DNA of 63,005 bases, filler included, from Octopus bimaculoides (taxonomy: Eukaryota): the NCBI RefSeq assembly GCF_001194135.2. It is 3 parts of 2 records of this genome, joined end to end, with 100 filler letters (N's around TTAATTAATTAA, not from the genome) between each part and the next. Parts side by side here need not be neighbours in the genome. Positions count along the whole stretch, not along the records: positions 31,744 to 57,959 come from NC_068988.1; 2 more parts are not named here. The stretch is one strand, 5' to 3'. Both the position numbers and the translations under genes were made by a program. Below, in pieces: positions 36,601-49,995 of this stretch (positions are counted from its first letter, which is position 1; each line of letters starts with the position of its first letter). The notes under the pieces are model-generated. The model was given only the letters and a program-made list of their open reading frames with translations. It had not been told where the DNA came from and made no database searches.

Positions 36601-38209
36601 AGTTTTCAGCAAATTTTTTTTTATGTAATCTGAATGTTAATGTTGAAGACTATCACTTGTTCGCTTGTTTATCCTTTTTCATAAACAATGACAAAAATTT
36701 AACATTATTTCATGACCAAAAACAGGAAGCTACCAAAACTCAAAAGGCAGACAAATTTACCAAATAATTTCCCAGCTGGACATGGTCAAGAGCTTTACTC
36801 ATGTTTAGGACAATAGCAAAATTTTCAGCATATGTCAGGAGCTTCAGAATTCCTTGCTGAGTGACATAAAAGAGAATATTTCAAGTAGATCTGACTTTAG
36901 ATGGTTAAAAAAATAGAAAAAGTAATTCAAAGGTGTCAGAAAAGGTGGTAGTTCTTAGTAGTTGCCTCAAGTCCCTTTGGAATGATAGAAGTGATTGTGA
37001 TGGTCTGCTGGTCAGTAAGGTCAGAGGGGTTGTTCTTGGAAATAGAATAGACATACTGCAACAAATTTAAGCATAGAAAGAAAGGAATAAAAGTTATTGT
37101 TCAAACATTTAGCAATTTTATAAGTAACAAACTGAAGTAATTTTCTGGTTCAGATTAGAGATTAAGTCAGGTCGTTAATATATGATTTGTAACAAAACTG
37201 TTGCTATAATCTCTCATTAAATAAATAATTGGAGATATTTGATTTACAAATTGATATAAAGAAATATTATAAACTAAAATCTGTTCTGTAGAGCAAGTAA
37301 GTGTATCTTAAAATAACAGCAACCATTTTTAAAGAAGAAAATAATCAATTTGTTTCTTTTATCTCCAGAAAGAAGTATGCTTAGAAATTTGAAATTAATG
37401 AGAGGCTTATTTCAAAGAAGTTTGATGAGATCAGAATACACATTAAAGGCTTAAGATCTTAGCTTCTTATTGAAGTGTATTTTGAGAATGATCAACTGAG
37501 GAAAAAGACAAGAATAGTAAGAACAACAATGACTATAATGATCTTCTTTGACACACGGCGCAAGATAAGGTGAGAGAGATGTTGCAGACAGCTGGAGTGA
37601 TTTTAGTGTTTTGAGGATATTTTACTTTAGGTGAAAGGTTAAAAGACATTAGCCTGTCAGGAATGGCGGCCAGAAGACTTAAATAGCTCACGAAATTTAG
37701 TTATGTCTTGTGATTTCTGAGTTCTAATTCCAATGAAATCAGCAATACTTTTGATTTCTCTGAGACTGATAAGAATATAAGAGGCATATACTCTGTTGTC
37801 TGTTCAACCAATTACAGTGCTTCCCTCCAAAACTAAGTTGGGAGTCACTTTGGTAAGGGATCGGATAGGATCAAATACTGTAACCTTGTCTATTCTTCAT
37901 TGGTACCTCATTGTCTAGTTGTTGTTCTTTAGCTTCATGTTGATCTTGATTGAGAAAATCTATGACTGTAGCCATTCTAACCATGACCATTTGGTTATTT
38001 TTCAGGACTAAAACAATGTTAGCCAATGCAATGTCCTTGCCTTGACCTATTATTATTTAAGCTTACGTTGATTCCTTTGTGGCGTTGTGTTACATTTATT
38101 ATCAATTAAATATACATATACAGTACTATTTCTACTTTTCAGATTTCCCCCTATCGCTGGGGTGTTTTGGAATGTAACACCAGCGATAGATGAAGGATTA
38201 CTGTATATG

Positions 38210-38215
38210 TATATG

Positions 38216-38267
<52 letters not shown>

Positions 38268-38500
38268 CGTGTGCGCGTGTGTCTTTGTCTCTCACTACTG
38301 CTTGATAACCAGTGTTAGTGCGTTTACATCCCTGTGACTTAGTGGTTTGGCAACAAGGACCAATAGAATAATCACCAAGTTTAAAAATGAGAGAGAGAGA
38401 GAGTAAGTACCAGGGTTAATTCAATGAACTAAGAATTCTTCAAGGCGGTGCCCCAGCATGGCTGCAGTCTTGTAACTGAAACAAGTGAAAGACAGAAGAC
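38210..38500 (+). mobile_element. 3' half of a SINE with an internal microsatellite (family of 60980-61392)
   Basis: tttacatccc.gtgacttagtggtttggcaa ... aaggcggtgccccagcatggctgcagtc...tgaaacaagtgaaag is the reverse complement of 60980-61170. Confidence 0.75.
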
Positions 38501-41500
38501 AAATGATGTCAAGCAGCCGCTTAGGCAGAAGGACCGAATTAGATTCTGTTGTTACGTTTTGCTCTGTGCCTTGTCATCAGCATAAAACAGACTGACATTG
38601 TCGATGGTGCCACCTAAATGCTTGTCGAAGCAGCAGTGCCACTGGTTTTGGTGCCTGGACTGACTAAAATTGGAATGGAATGGACAGACAAAGGCTTTGC
38701 AGCAGAGGCACAAATACAGCAACTCTCACTACCACTCTACTAACAATGGTTTGTAATTTAGATACAAGGTCAACAACTTTGTGGGGAGGGGGTCACTCCA
38801 TGTCATCAAATCCAGAACTTGATGGTTGTTTTATCATATTGACACCTGAAAGGATGGATGATGGAGATAGCCTTGATGAGATTTGATTTCGGAATATAAA
38901 GAGCTGGAACAAATACCAGGAAGTAAGTCTCTAACAACTCTGCAATTCGCTGCCTTTTGCAGCATAATAACAGCGGTTAGATAATGGTCAAATTCTAATT
39001 ATGATTAGATACTAATAAGGGTCAGGTAATGGTCAAAGAAATTTCGTTCTCATACAAAGAGCGAGTCTAAAGGGAAACCGTATCAGTTACATTACATGAC
39101 ACAATTGCATTCTACTACAAAATATTATTTTCTTTTACACATGTAGGAATGAGTGTTGTTGTTCCTATATTCCAGTTCTGTTTAATTTCTATTTATTTTA
39201 TCAACCAAAAAAGGTTTGCTTTTCTTTTAGGGAAATCTGAATGAAGAATTTGTGGAATTTACTTTTACTCTGTTTCTTTACCATTTTAGATAGTGGTTTG
39301 ATTTTGTATAATAACCCCAAACAATGTTGTTCTTTGTTATAATTAATTCATATCAGGATGACTTGATTAGGACAATGATAGAACTGATTAAACAATATGA
39401 GTGCTTCTATTAATGATTAAAAAGAAGATTGAAACACAACCCAGCAAATGAAAAAAACATTAATGATTATAAGATTCTCCTACTGTGTCCACCCATAATC
39501 ACTATTTACTGCCAGAGCCAGAATATCTGCGAGAGGTATGTGCTCCCAGTAACTGACAGTAAACTGTTAGTTATGAGATACAAACCTTGAAAGTTTTGTA
39601 GAGATATCCTATCAATTTGGTCAACCGAGAATCTATATTGGCATATTTGTTATTTACTCTCTCCTTCCTACCAGCTTTCTTACCGTTCTCTTCATTATCT
39701 TTGTTGTTGTCGTCGCCATTGTTGTTGTTATGATTGTCGTCATCGTCATCATCATCATTATCATCTTCATCACCACACCCAGCGCTATCAATGGATTAAT
39801 ATCTGTTCTACCCTGCTGACATATGTGAGGTTGTTCTGATCGGCTCCATCTGATATCACACCAACTTCTCAAAGCAGTCTAAATCATACGTCACTTGCAG
39901 TACAATACTGTGTAATAGAGCATTAACTTTACAGATAAGTGCTTTTCCATTGATATATTGACAGCTATTCACCCATCTCTATTGCTAATAATAGCAATAA
40001 CAACAACAACAATAATAATAATAATAATCACAATAATAATAATTCTACATCGTTATTGCAGATAATTTGAACAGTTTCTTGTAATCACCATTGTGTATAA
40101 CCATAGATAAATATTGATATTTAGTTAAATATCCTGAGCAACTTAAACTCTCTTCCAGCACCAACTTATATTTCATTAGCTCTAAAGTATTTGCAACTCA
40201 CAATTTTGTTTAAGCTGCTCATGTCAAATATTATTTTGATGGAATTATTAATCTTTATATATATATATATTTTTTAAATATAACAATGAGAGGTGTCATG
40301 GCAATCTCTATCAATAATCTCCATTTAAACTAAATTGATATATCTGCTTAGATATTACAGTGAATAGATCTAAGGATAATCAATATGATAACAATGAACC
40401 AGTTAAAAATCAATGATTTGCATTCCATCTTCGTATCACATATCCATGCCAAAGCTACTTAACTTCTGCTGGCATCGTCCACCTTGTTGTAAACAGATAC
40501 GATATACAAGTTTAGCTTACTGCTATACACATCAAGATTACTGCACAATTAATGAATAATTCATTGATCTGCTGTGTTGAACTAAAATACTATCATAGCT
40601 ATGGCTTAGAAAGACCTTTCTTTAGAATCAATCAGATTAATCACATATTGCTGGATACATCTGATTAGGAAAAGTTGAACAATTGATTATCTCACTTTTG
40701 CATGATATAAGTATGATAAATTATGTTATTTATCCGTATGGCTACAAAAAAAAAAAAAAAAAATCCTAGTTGCTTTAATGAGCTTCGAGTAGCTGGCAAC
40801 AAAGCATTCTTGTTTGTGATGGCAGCAGCACTTGAAGACAAGTTATTTCCAATGGAAATACGTTACAAAAGCTTCTAACGGCGAACATTTTCAAGTCATT
40901 TAAAGGTGTTCTTCTCCTAAAATATAATAATGGAAAACTATTCAATAAGATATCTACCTTAAAGGAATTCCACACCATCTGACTATTTATAGTCTGTTGC
41001 TGAAGAAGTTGAAAAGGATTCCAGATCCAAAATGTAAAAAGACACAGTGCAAAGGAAATAACAGGTTTTCAATTGATCCTATTTTTAAAATAGTTTTCGA
41101 TAAGAATAGAATCAAGGGGATGTTATGACCTTCATACTTTTCCAAACAGTATTAGTGATAACAAGTTGTCTCATATTGAGAGTCAAAACCTGGTATCAGA
41201 TCCTGCTGGCCAAAAATTTTTCACTTACTACAATCTGGATTTCCAGATTAACACAAACTGTTCTTTGACAAATTTTGATAAGTCAACAAGGATTTCCCTT
41301 CCTGTTTACTCAACCTGCTGGAAATAACAACCAAATATCTCCTTGAATCATCTTCTACCACCTTAAAAAACCCCCAAAAGGATGTATTAGTAGTCCTGAA
41401 ATGAAGACAGAATGGTCACAACTAGAACGACTTTGATCAAACAGATGCTTGATTGCAATTAACCCAGATATGAAAAACAACAACAAATCTCAGTCAAAGC

Positions 41501-42715
41501 GGTGGGCCTAACTGGACTGCACTGGTCCCAATCATTATCTACTATGTCATTTCACTGACTCTAGAGAAATATAAAACAAAAACAGCTCTGTCAGGATTTG
41601 ATCTCAGAATGTAGATGGACCTTTGTAAATAGTATCAGACATTCAGTCAGTCTGGTAATTTACCGTTTCCTGTTTACCATTGTGTGTGGAATTTGTTTAT
41701 TGCTTTTAAAACTTTAAGTGATGCATTTTTCAATCAAATTTGTTTCCTTGACCAACTATTAGTACAAACAGTAAAGGAATTACAAATAGATGTTTAAAAA
41801 ATAACATCAAGAAAACAAATTTAAACAAATAATTATTCAGATACTCCAAAAAGATTAATTAGTGAAAATAATTGAAGTTTGAAGAAAATAGTAAAAGCGA
41901 TTCTCATTTTGACTTATCTATTCTAAACCAACAGTAAAAAGTAGGAGGACATTTTTTTTTTTTGTTAAAACTATTGAAGAAATAAAACACATTTGAAGCA
42001 AAATTGTTGCATAACTGTTATGCTAATTCAAAACATGAATGCTATTTTCTTTAGTGGCTGATACCAGGAAAATTACATTTAAATTGCAAATCCTACCAAC
42101 CTGTGAAGTAACATATTAAAAACATTTTGATTTGTCTATTTTTCTTTTCTTTAAATTCAATTACACTCTTGACTTTAAAGTATTGATGCACATTTAATTT
42201 TGAGTTAGAAATATTAGCAATACTAGTATCTACTGTAACATCACTGATAATATCTGCAGTTATGTTAACAACATCTACAAACTGTTTTCTGGTGTTGTTG
42301 ATAAGAAGGAAGACAGTGGATTTGGTAGGTGTTGCTTTAAATCTATCAGTGCCAAACCAGATTTCTTGGTGATGTAAGTAGAGTTGCATCAGTTGAACTG
42401 TAGCATCTGAAGAATGGCAGCTGTGAATGTATGATGTCTGTTTGCTTTGCGAAAGTATATTAAAAACACAGAGAAGCGAGATAAAACTGGTCTCAGTTGA
42501 TCGAATCAGCAGAACAGTGTGCTCATGTGCAAGTAGCTGAGCCCTCTACAAAGACAAATACTTTCAATGTAGTTCTCAGGGAGATTAAGAGTGTGACATG
42601 GCTGACCTTTTGAATTGCAGGTTACAATTTATTTTTGTTAGCTTAGTGGACTGGAGCAGCATGAAATAGAGTGTCTTGCTCAAGGACACAGTGCATTGTC
42701 AGGAATCGAACTCAT

Positions 42716-42860
42716 ACATTATTTACATTTGATGGATATTTGTCCTCATCTTGTTTGTTGTTAACACAACATTTCAGCTGATATACCCTCCAGCCTTCAT
42801 CAGGTGTCTTGGGGAACCTGGATTCTCATTCCTAAGGTATTTTTCAATGTTGTTGTTGTT
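42716..42860 (-). mobile_element. Short repeat carrying a minimal hammerhead (distinct family)
   Basis: Sharp-edged GC-richer segment next to a (GTT)n run, containing the fold at 42763-42808. Confidence 0.55.
42763..42808 (-). ncRNA. Minimal type I hammerhead ribozyme with two CpG-type substitutions
   Basis: Minus strand GACAC-CTGATGA-A-GGCTG-gagggtatat-CAGCT-GAAA-TG-TT-GTGTT. Reverting two C->T changes gives CAGCC-GAAA-CG-TT, the Penelope-type GAAACGUH core. Confidence 0.7.
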
Positions 42861-42951
42861 GTTAGACAATAATAGACAGAGAACACCACTGGAAAATAGG
42901 AAAACTAAAAGAAGCAGCACTCCACAAATATGTGGACCCTTAACGTAGTTC

Positions 42952-43187
42952 TTGGGGAATGATAACAACTATGACAATGATGATGGTGATGATGATGATG
43001 ATGATGACAATGATGATGATGATGACGATGATGATGATGATGACAATGATGATGATGATGATGACGATGACAACAACAATGACAACAACAACGGCAATGA
43101 CAATGACAACAAGAATGACAATGACAACAACAGTGACAAAACGACGACGACGATGACAATGATGATGATGATGATCTTGATGACCAT
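42952..43187. repeat. Compound (GAT/GAC/AAC)n trinucleotide repeat
   Basis: Explains the poly-D/M/H/S ORFs. Confidence 0.95.
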
Positions 43188-43317
43188 TTAATAGTGTTTC
43201 CCTGCTTGATTTATGGTTTATGTTGGATACAAATATTGGCCCAGTTTCTGCTCTTCTGTAACTTATTTCTTTCTTATTTCTCTGTGTGTTACCTGCTGAT
43301 GCTTAGTTTTAATTTCT

Positions 43318-44473
43318 CTTGTAGAATATACATTTTTAAAAAATATGTCTATAATTACTTTATTGAACGTATATACTGCACTGGATGTGTTGGTGAGTGT
43401 GATAAGATGGTATTTTGTAAACCTCGATTTTCTCTCTTTATGGAACTCATTCGACTGGGAGTTTTTTTGAAGCTTGCAAAAGTATTGCTGCCCTCTTCAT
43501 TAATCTAATATCATGTTGCCATAGTAATTGTTTGGGATGGAAGGAGAATGTGATAACGAAATGTGAGGGGTGGGAAAAAACGACAGAGAAATGTTGCAGT
43601 TGATTTAGTGAGGTGTATGTGTGTGTGTGTAGATTACATAGAATGTAAAGGGCATTCCGCAACAGTGTAATATTCATTCAGTCCTAGGAAAATGAGAACT
43701 CAGTGGACGAAACAACTGTTTTTATTGAGGTTCCAAGAATACAAGACCAGAAAGAGTTGAGGATTTTACCGAGAAAATGAATTATGATATATTTTCATTA
43801 AACAGCTTGAGTAATAAAAATTGTAAATGGCAGTGTCATCATCATCATTTAATGTTAATGGGGGGAAAACAAGCACAAACACACACACACATGATTGGTT
43901 CCTTTCAGTTTCTGTCTACCAAACCCACTCACAGGGTTTGGTCAGCCTGAGGCTACAGTAGGGGACACAAGCTCAAGATACCATGCAGTGGGACTGAACT
44001 TGGAGCCATGCGGTTGGGAAGCAAACTTCTTACGACACAGCCATGGCTACGCCTATATGACTACTTTATCATATTTTTATATCATCAAAATATCGAATAC
44101 TACAACGCTGTTAATATGTCACAAAAGTTGAAAGCAACCTGTTCTTCAAAAACCCAGACATGATCTTCTGTCTGCTGTGCTTCCACTGGAGCCACTCCTG
44201 CCTGTCTGCAGTACACCTGACTGTTATCAAAGCAACAGATTTACAAATAAAAACAGATGCTGTTGTGTCGGCCGCTCATTGTTCTCTAAGTCAATGTATC
44301 CTGTATAATGTGGCATCTATGCTATAATGTGTGCGCTGCCTAGATGGAGTCTACACCATTTAAAATGGCTGTGATTGAATATGATTTCAAGGAGTGGTAC
44401 AAATAGATTTGTTCTGAGGCTTATACTGCTCTCTCACACATAATGCATATACACATGTACATACACACATGGT

Positions 44474-44522
<49 letters not shown>

Positions 44523-46060
44523 GCAAATACTCAGAAATATACATCATAATTATACCTATATATACATTCATTCATATAGACACATGCATACATGCATACA
44601 TATACTCATAATACATACATACACTCATATACACGTATATAAATACATACATATATGCATGCATGCATACATACATACATACACACATACATATATGCAT
44701 ACATACATACTTACATACATACATACATACATACAAGACTACCCTGTTTGATGCTGTTTGATGTTGTTTAACTTCCAATGAAAGAATCTTGTTTCCAGGC
44801 AAGAAACTGCCTCTTTCAATATTGGTGAGAAATTCGGAAACAAAAAAGCAGGAATACACATAAACGTACACACACACACACACACACAATGCATGTATAT
44901 ATACATGCATGCATGCATGTATACAGCACACATAATATACAGATACATATGTATATACATATATATNNNNNNNNNNAGACACATGCATACATGCATACAT
45001 ATACTCATAATACATACATACACTCATATACACGTATATAAATACATACATATATGCATGCATGCATACATACATACATACACACATACATATATGCATA
45101 CATACATACTTACATACATACATACATACATACAAGACTACCCTGTTTGATGCTGTTTGATGTTGTTTAACTTCCAATGAANNNNNNNNNNTATATATAT
45201 ATATATATATATATATTCATGCATGCACACAAATATATATACACACACACATGCAGCCATGCAAGCCTAATACATATATATACAAATATACAAGCAAATA
45301 AAAGCGATAAGTATATTGTTTGGGCCATATATCTGTGCAAAATGCAGTACTCAGACCCTCAGTAGCTGCCACCAAGATGTTTATAAGACCCTACCCTTTC
45401 ATGAGATGGGACATAGTCGCCAAACCTATTTACAATACTATTCACAGGAAGGATTGTTCTGACAGACATCTAAAATCCACACTAAAACCAAAATGTACAG
45501 ATGTATTTAACAGTAAAATATTCCACTAAAATTCCATGCAGTTAAGGAATTCTGGTGGAAATTTTCAATCATCAGATAATGATGGAGCAGACGTAACCGA
45601 CTGACTAAATTCCATCATCACTTCTTTGTCCCGTATTCTTGGAACATCAATAAAAATGGTTGTCTTTAATCAGTGAGTTCTTGTTCTTCAAGAATTAAAT
45701 AAATATTATACTGTTGCTCAACTCCCTTTGCATTCTATATAATCTACACTATTGTGCACACACACACCTCACCAAATCAACTGCAACTCTTCTCTGTCGT
45801 TTTTTCCCACCCCTCACACTCCATTATCACATTCTCCTTCCACCCCAAACAATTACTATGGCAACATGATACTAGACCAACGAAGAGGGCAGCAATGCTT
45901 TTGCAAGCTTCAAAAACCTCCCAGTCAAATGAGTTCCATAAAGAGAGAAAATCGAGGTTTACAAAATACCATCTTATCACACTCGCCAACACATCCAGTG
46001 CAGTATATACGTTCAATAAAGTAATTATAGACATATTTTAAAAGATGTATGTTCTACAAG
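43318..46060. repeat. Pair of about 440-bp inverted repeats (43318-43755 and 45620-46060), 1.9 kb apart
   Basis: ORFs 43447-43677(-) and 45754-46041(+) translate almost identically (SVVFSHPSH..ITFSFHPKQLLWQHD); the DNA aligns along both arms. Confidence 0.88.
43895..44052 (-). mobile_element. tRNA-derived SINE, 5' part
   Basis: Minus strand gcgtagcc.tggctgtgt.gtaagaag...gttcagtccc (A/B-box-like); same family as 61231-61392. Confidence 0.8.
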
Positions 46061-46836
46061 GCAAGCTAAAAGGTACAACTCCCAATTACACAGCAGAAAT
46101 GTAAATGTTACAGATTTCAGTTACACAGAAGATATGAATGGCTTTTCTTGAATTCTAGTAAAAGGGAACATCTACTATGAAGCTGCAGTTTTTGTAGCAA
46201 AGCAACAAATTCATCACGTCCACATGACCATTTAACTGAATAACTTAGACGGAATCCCTAATAAACTACAGACTCTGGTTGATTGTTCTCTTTGCTTCAC
46301 TATTATAACAATAGCTTTTGATCTGGACTCAGAAGTAGCATTCTTGGGCTCATCTGACGTGCCCCAGCCTCAGCATCATTCTTTGATCACTTGCTCACAC
46401 CTCAAAATACCAATCAATGTAAAAGTGGTGTGTTTGGATGCATCTTTACTGTCTAAACTATATCTTTAACTGTCACAAACTTTTCTCAACATTTTTATTC
46501 TTAATATTCTCCAATCTGTAATTGGCCAACGTCTCACATCTCTAAGACTTAGTTCCTTTAATATTTAAAGATATTTATATTGATTTTCATTAAAACATCT
46601 TTTTCATGTCTAAAGCTTTAACTATACAAAATTCGTAATAATAGTTGAAATATTATCATTAAAGAGGGTTTCAGGTTCACTGATATCTACTGTTTAAGCC
46701 TGCATCTTGTATGTTCATCCACATAAATAGAGTAAGAAATTGCTTTCACAGTCAAATCTTCTTGTCAGATACACATAATATATGTATATAGCATGTGTTT
46801 GTGTGCACAGTTATATTATATAAGTATGTATAGGCA

Positions 46837-46903
<67 letters not shown>

Positions 46904-47079
46904 ACACACACACATATGTATACATACATACATATATATATATATTTTTTTATATACATATATACATGCATATGTTATATATATGTGTGTATTTATCTGT
47001 ACATATGTAAATATGTATGTATGTATGTATCTACCTATATATATATATATACATACACCCCCACATATATATATATGTG

Positions 47080-47123
<44 letters not shown>

Positions 47124-48059
47124 TTGATTTACAGATTTTATACCAACATGGAACTGGCATTAAACAATTATGGTACACATACACGTGTGCATACACATGC
47201 ACCCCCCCCCACACACATTATCTCTAACTCTATGTATATATGGGCTTATGTACAGGAGTGAGTAGTTTCCTAAATTCTCCACATCTACTATCGACTTCCA
47301 CTTCCTCCCCTCCTCTTCTTCCTCCTCCCCTCCCCTTCCTCCTCCTCCAAAATGTCATCGTCCTCAGTCAAATACCACATTTTTCATGTGACTGGGACTC
47401 ATCCAGGGCAATAAAACCATAAAGCATCTTGATTTAATATTCAGCTCCAACTCCAGCAACTCCAGTGCATAATCATACTTGCCCCCAAAGGTCTGAAGCA
47501 GCTGCTTCATCATAAACTCATGACCTGATGAGGAGACCTCTAAAAGTCACATGGTCTGCTGAAAATAGCTGCCAAATGTCCCTCAAAGCACATGGCATAA
47601 CAGGAATGTTAGACATTTTTTGATTTGCAGAATGGACTGAAGCATAAAGTGAATACTGTGGCCTATAAGAAGACAGTTATTGTCCAGAGGGAACGGAATA
47701 AAGGGTCAATATACAATACAACAGCATTAGAATCTGTGTGCCAACATGTGTGAGGAAAATGCTCACCCACATGGTGCATAAACACGTGTGTGTGTGTGGG
47801 GGGGGGGGTATGTGCANNNNNNNNNNGTGTGTGTGTGTGGGGGGGGGGGTATGTGCAAGCCATGTTAGAGTCACGAAAAATGCACTTGCATATTTGTCAG
47901 TAGAGTCATCATCAATCATCATCATCATCATCGTTGTTTAACGTCTGCTTTCCATGCTGGCATGGGTTGGACAGATGGATGGACAGAAAGAGCAAAAGAG
48001 AGAAAAACAGAAGAGAGATTGTTGATTGTGGTGGTTTGCTGTGCTTGAGAAGACATATC

Positions 48060-48350
48060 AAACTAATTAAAATCATGGCTATCCATACATAGAGGCATGT
48101 CCTTTACAACCATGCTACCCATTCCCTCTCTCAGCTGAGAGGTCCTTGTCTTGTGGGCTTGTGGGCGCTGGTGACATATAAAATCACCCAGTACACTCTG
48201 CAACGTGGTTGACATTAAGAAGGACATCCAGCTGTTGAAGCCATGCCAAAACAGACATTTACAACCTGTCCAACCCATGCCAGCATTGAAAATGGATGTT
48301 AAATGATAATGATGAGGATGCTGATGAGGATGCTGATGATGACGACGATG
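48060..48350 (+). mobile_element. RTE 3' UTR fragment with (GAT)n tail
   Basis: gtggttgacattaagaaggacatccagctg ... ccaacccatgccagcat.gaaaatggatgttaaatgat. Confidence 0.8.
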
Positions 48351-48621
48351 ATGATGATGGTGGTGGTTGTGGTGGTGGTGAGTAATCCAACTGATAAATC
48401 TAATTTCTAAGATAAGCCAATGAAGGAGTATCTATTCATTTGCTTGACTTGCTAGAAACCATCCCTCAGGTCACCTGGGATGGTCATGGCTTAAATGATC
48501 AGTTAAGACTGACCAGAAACTAAACAACTACAAGAGCAACAACAACTTCAATTTATTGATTAATAAGACTTGTTGATGCTTGAGTTGATTTGTTTCCTGG
48601 TATTATTAATGATTAATTGTT

Positions 48622-48844
48622 CAGGTGGTGTTCTGGAAGAATCCTTAGCATGCTGGACAAAATGCTTAGCAGCATTTGGACCCCAGTCTTTACATTCTGA
48701 GATCAAATTCTGCCAAGGCTGACTTTGCCTTTCGTTCTTTCGGGGTCAATTAGATAAGTACCAGTTGTGTATTGAGGTTGATATAATCAACTTATCCCTC
48801 CCTCAAAATTCCAAGCCTTGTGTCTATAGTAGAAAGGATCATCA

Positions 48845-48918
<74 letters not shown>

Positions 48919-49399
48919 ATTGAGTGAGAGAGCAGTGCATGCCATCAAAGTGACACTGGGGTACAAATATACAAAGCCCAATATACCCATCATGACTACC
49001 CGTCTGATAAGGGTACACCAGGCACATGCATCACAACCATATGTGCATGACATGGTGATCTCATATCAAAATAAACAGCGTATGACCTTGCAGGTGGGGC
49101 CCAATTAGAATTTTCTTCAGGTCAAGTAGCCCATCCCGCTCAAAAGGTCCCTGAATAAGGCTTGTTTAAGAATGTTGAATGAAACACCCATGTTCCCAGA
49201 GGTGAATTGTCCAAACTCTAAAGAATTCCTCTCAACACATGGTTATGATACTCCCCTACTACTTCTGCTCATTATCAGAGATGCACATATCGTCAGCCAC
49301 CAAGGGACATGCTCAACTGGTTAAGGTCAAACAACTGACAAGCAAATCTGTGGTATTGAGCAGAATATTTGCTGTAGCCCATCTTTTATACAAAAACAA

Positions 49400-49497
<98 letters not shown>

Positions 49498-49725
49498 CAT
49501 AATTATTAAGGCAGTAAGCTGGCAGAATCATTAGCACATGGGGCAAAATGCTTCATGACATTTCATCTGTCTTTATTTTATGTTCTGAGTTCAAATTCTA
49601 CAGAGGTTGACTTTGCCTTTCACTTTTTTGGGGTCAGTGAATTAAATACCAATCAAGCACTGGGTCAGTGTAATCAGCTAAGCCCCTGTACCAACATTTT
49701 AGGTCTTATGCCTAGAGTAGAAAGG

Positions 49726-49757
<32 letters not shown>

Positions 49758-49995
49758 TATTATTTCTAAGGCGGGGAGCTGGCAGAATTAACATGCTGGA
49801 TGAAATGCTTAGGTAAAATGCTTTGTGGCATTTTGTCCATCTTCACATTATGTGTTCAAATTCCACTGAGGTTGATTTTGCCTTTCATGCTTTCAGGGTT
49901 GATAAAATAAATACCAGTTGAGCTCTGGTGGGGATCAATGTAATTGACTGACCCCCTGCCCTGAACTTGCTGGGTTAGGACCAAAATTTGAAACC
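48622..49995 (+). mobile_element. Cluster of three tRNA-derived SINE copies (about 48622-48840, 49508-49727, 49768-49995) separated by (ATT)n/(CAT)n
   Basis: aaggcgg.gagctggcagaat..ttagca..ctgg.caaaatgctt...gttctgagttcaaattc...gag.t.gactttgcctttca; same family as 60583-60823. Confidence 0.85.
48920..49399. other. About 480-bp non-coding cassette inserted in an (ATT)n array
   Basis: Bounded on both sides by long (ATT)n runs; no meaningful ORF. Confidence 0.5.

Noticed and set aside
44977-45181. Exact 205-bp direct repeat of 44578-44782
   Set aside because: Bounded by two 10-N gaps; typical unmerged contig overlap.
46150-46260. Minus-strand NGHVDVMNLLL ankyrin-like peptide
   Set aside because: No TPLH-type motif upstream, in-frame stops nearby and no second repeat.
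47519-47580. CTGATGA-GG-AGACC...GGTCT-GCT-GAAA-ATAGCTG-CC hammerhead-like string
   Set aside because: Stem II is plausible, but there is no UH triplet in register and stem I cannot form.
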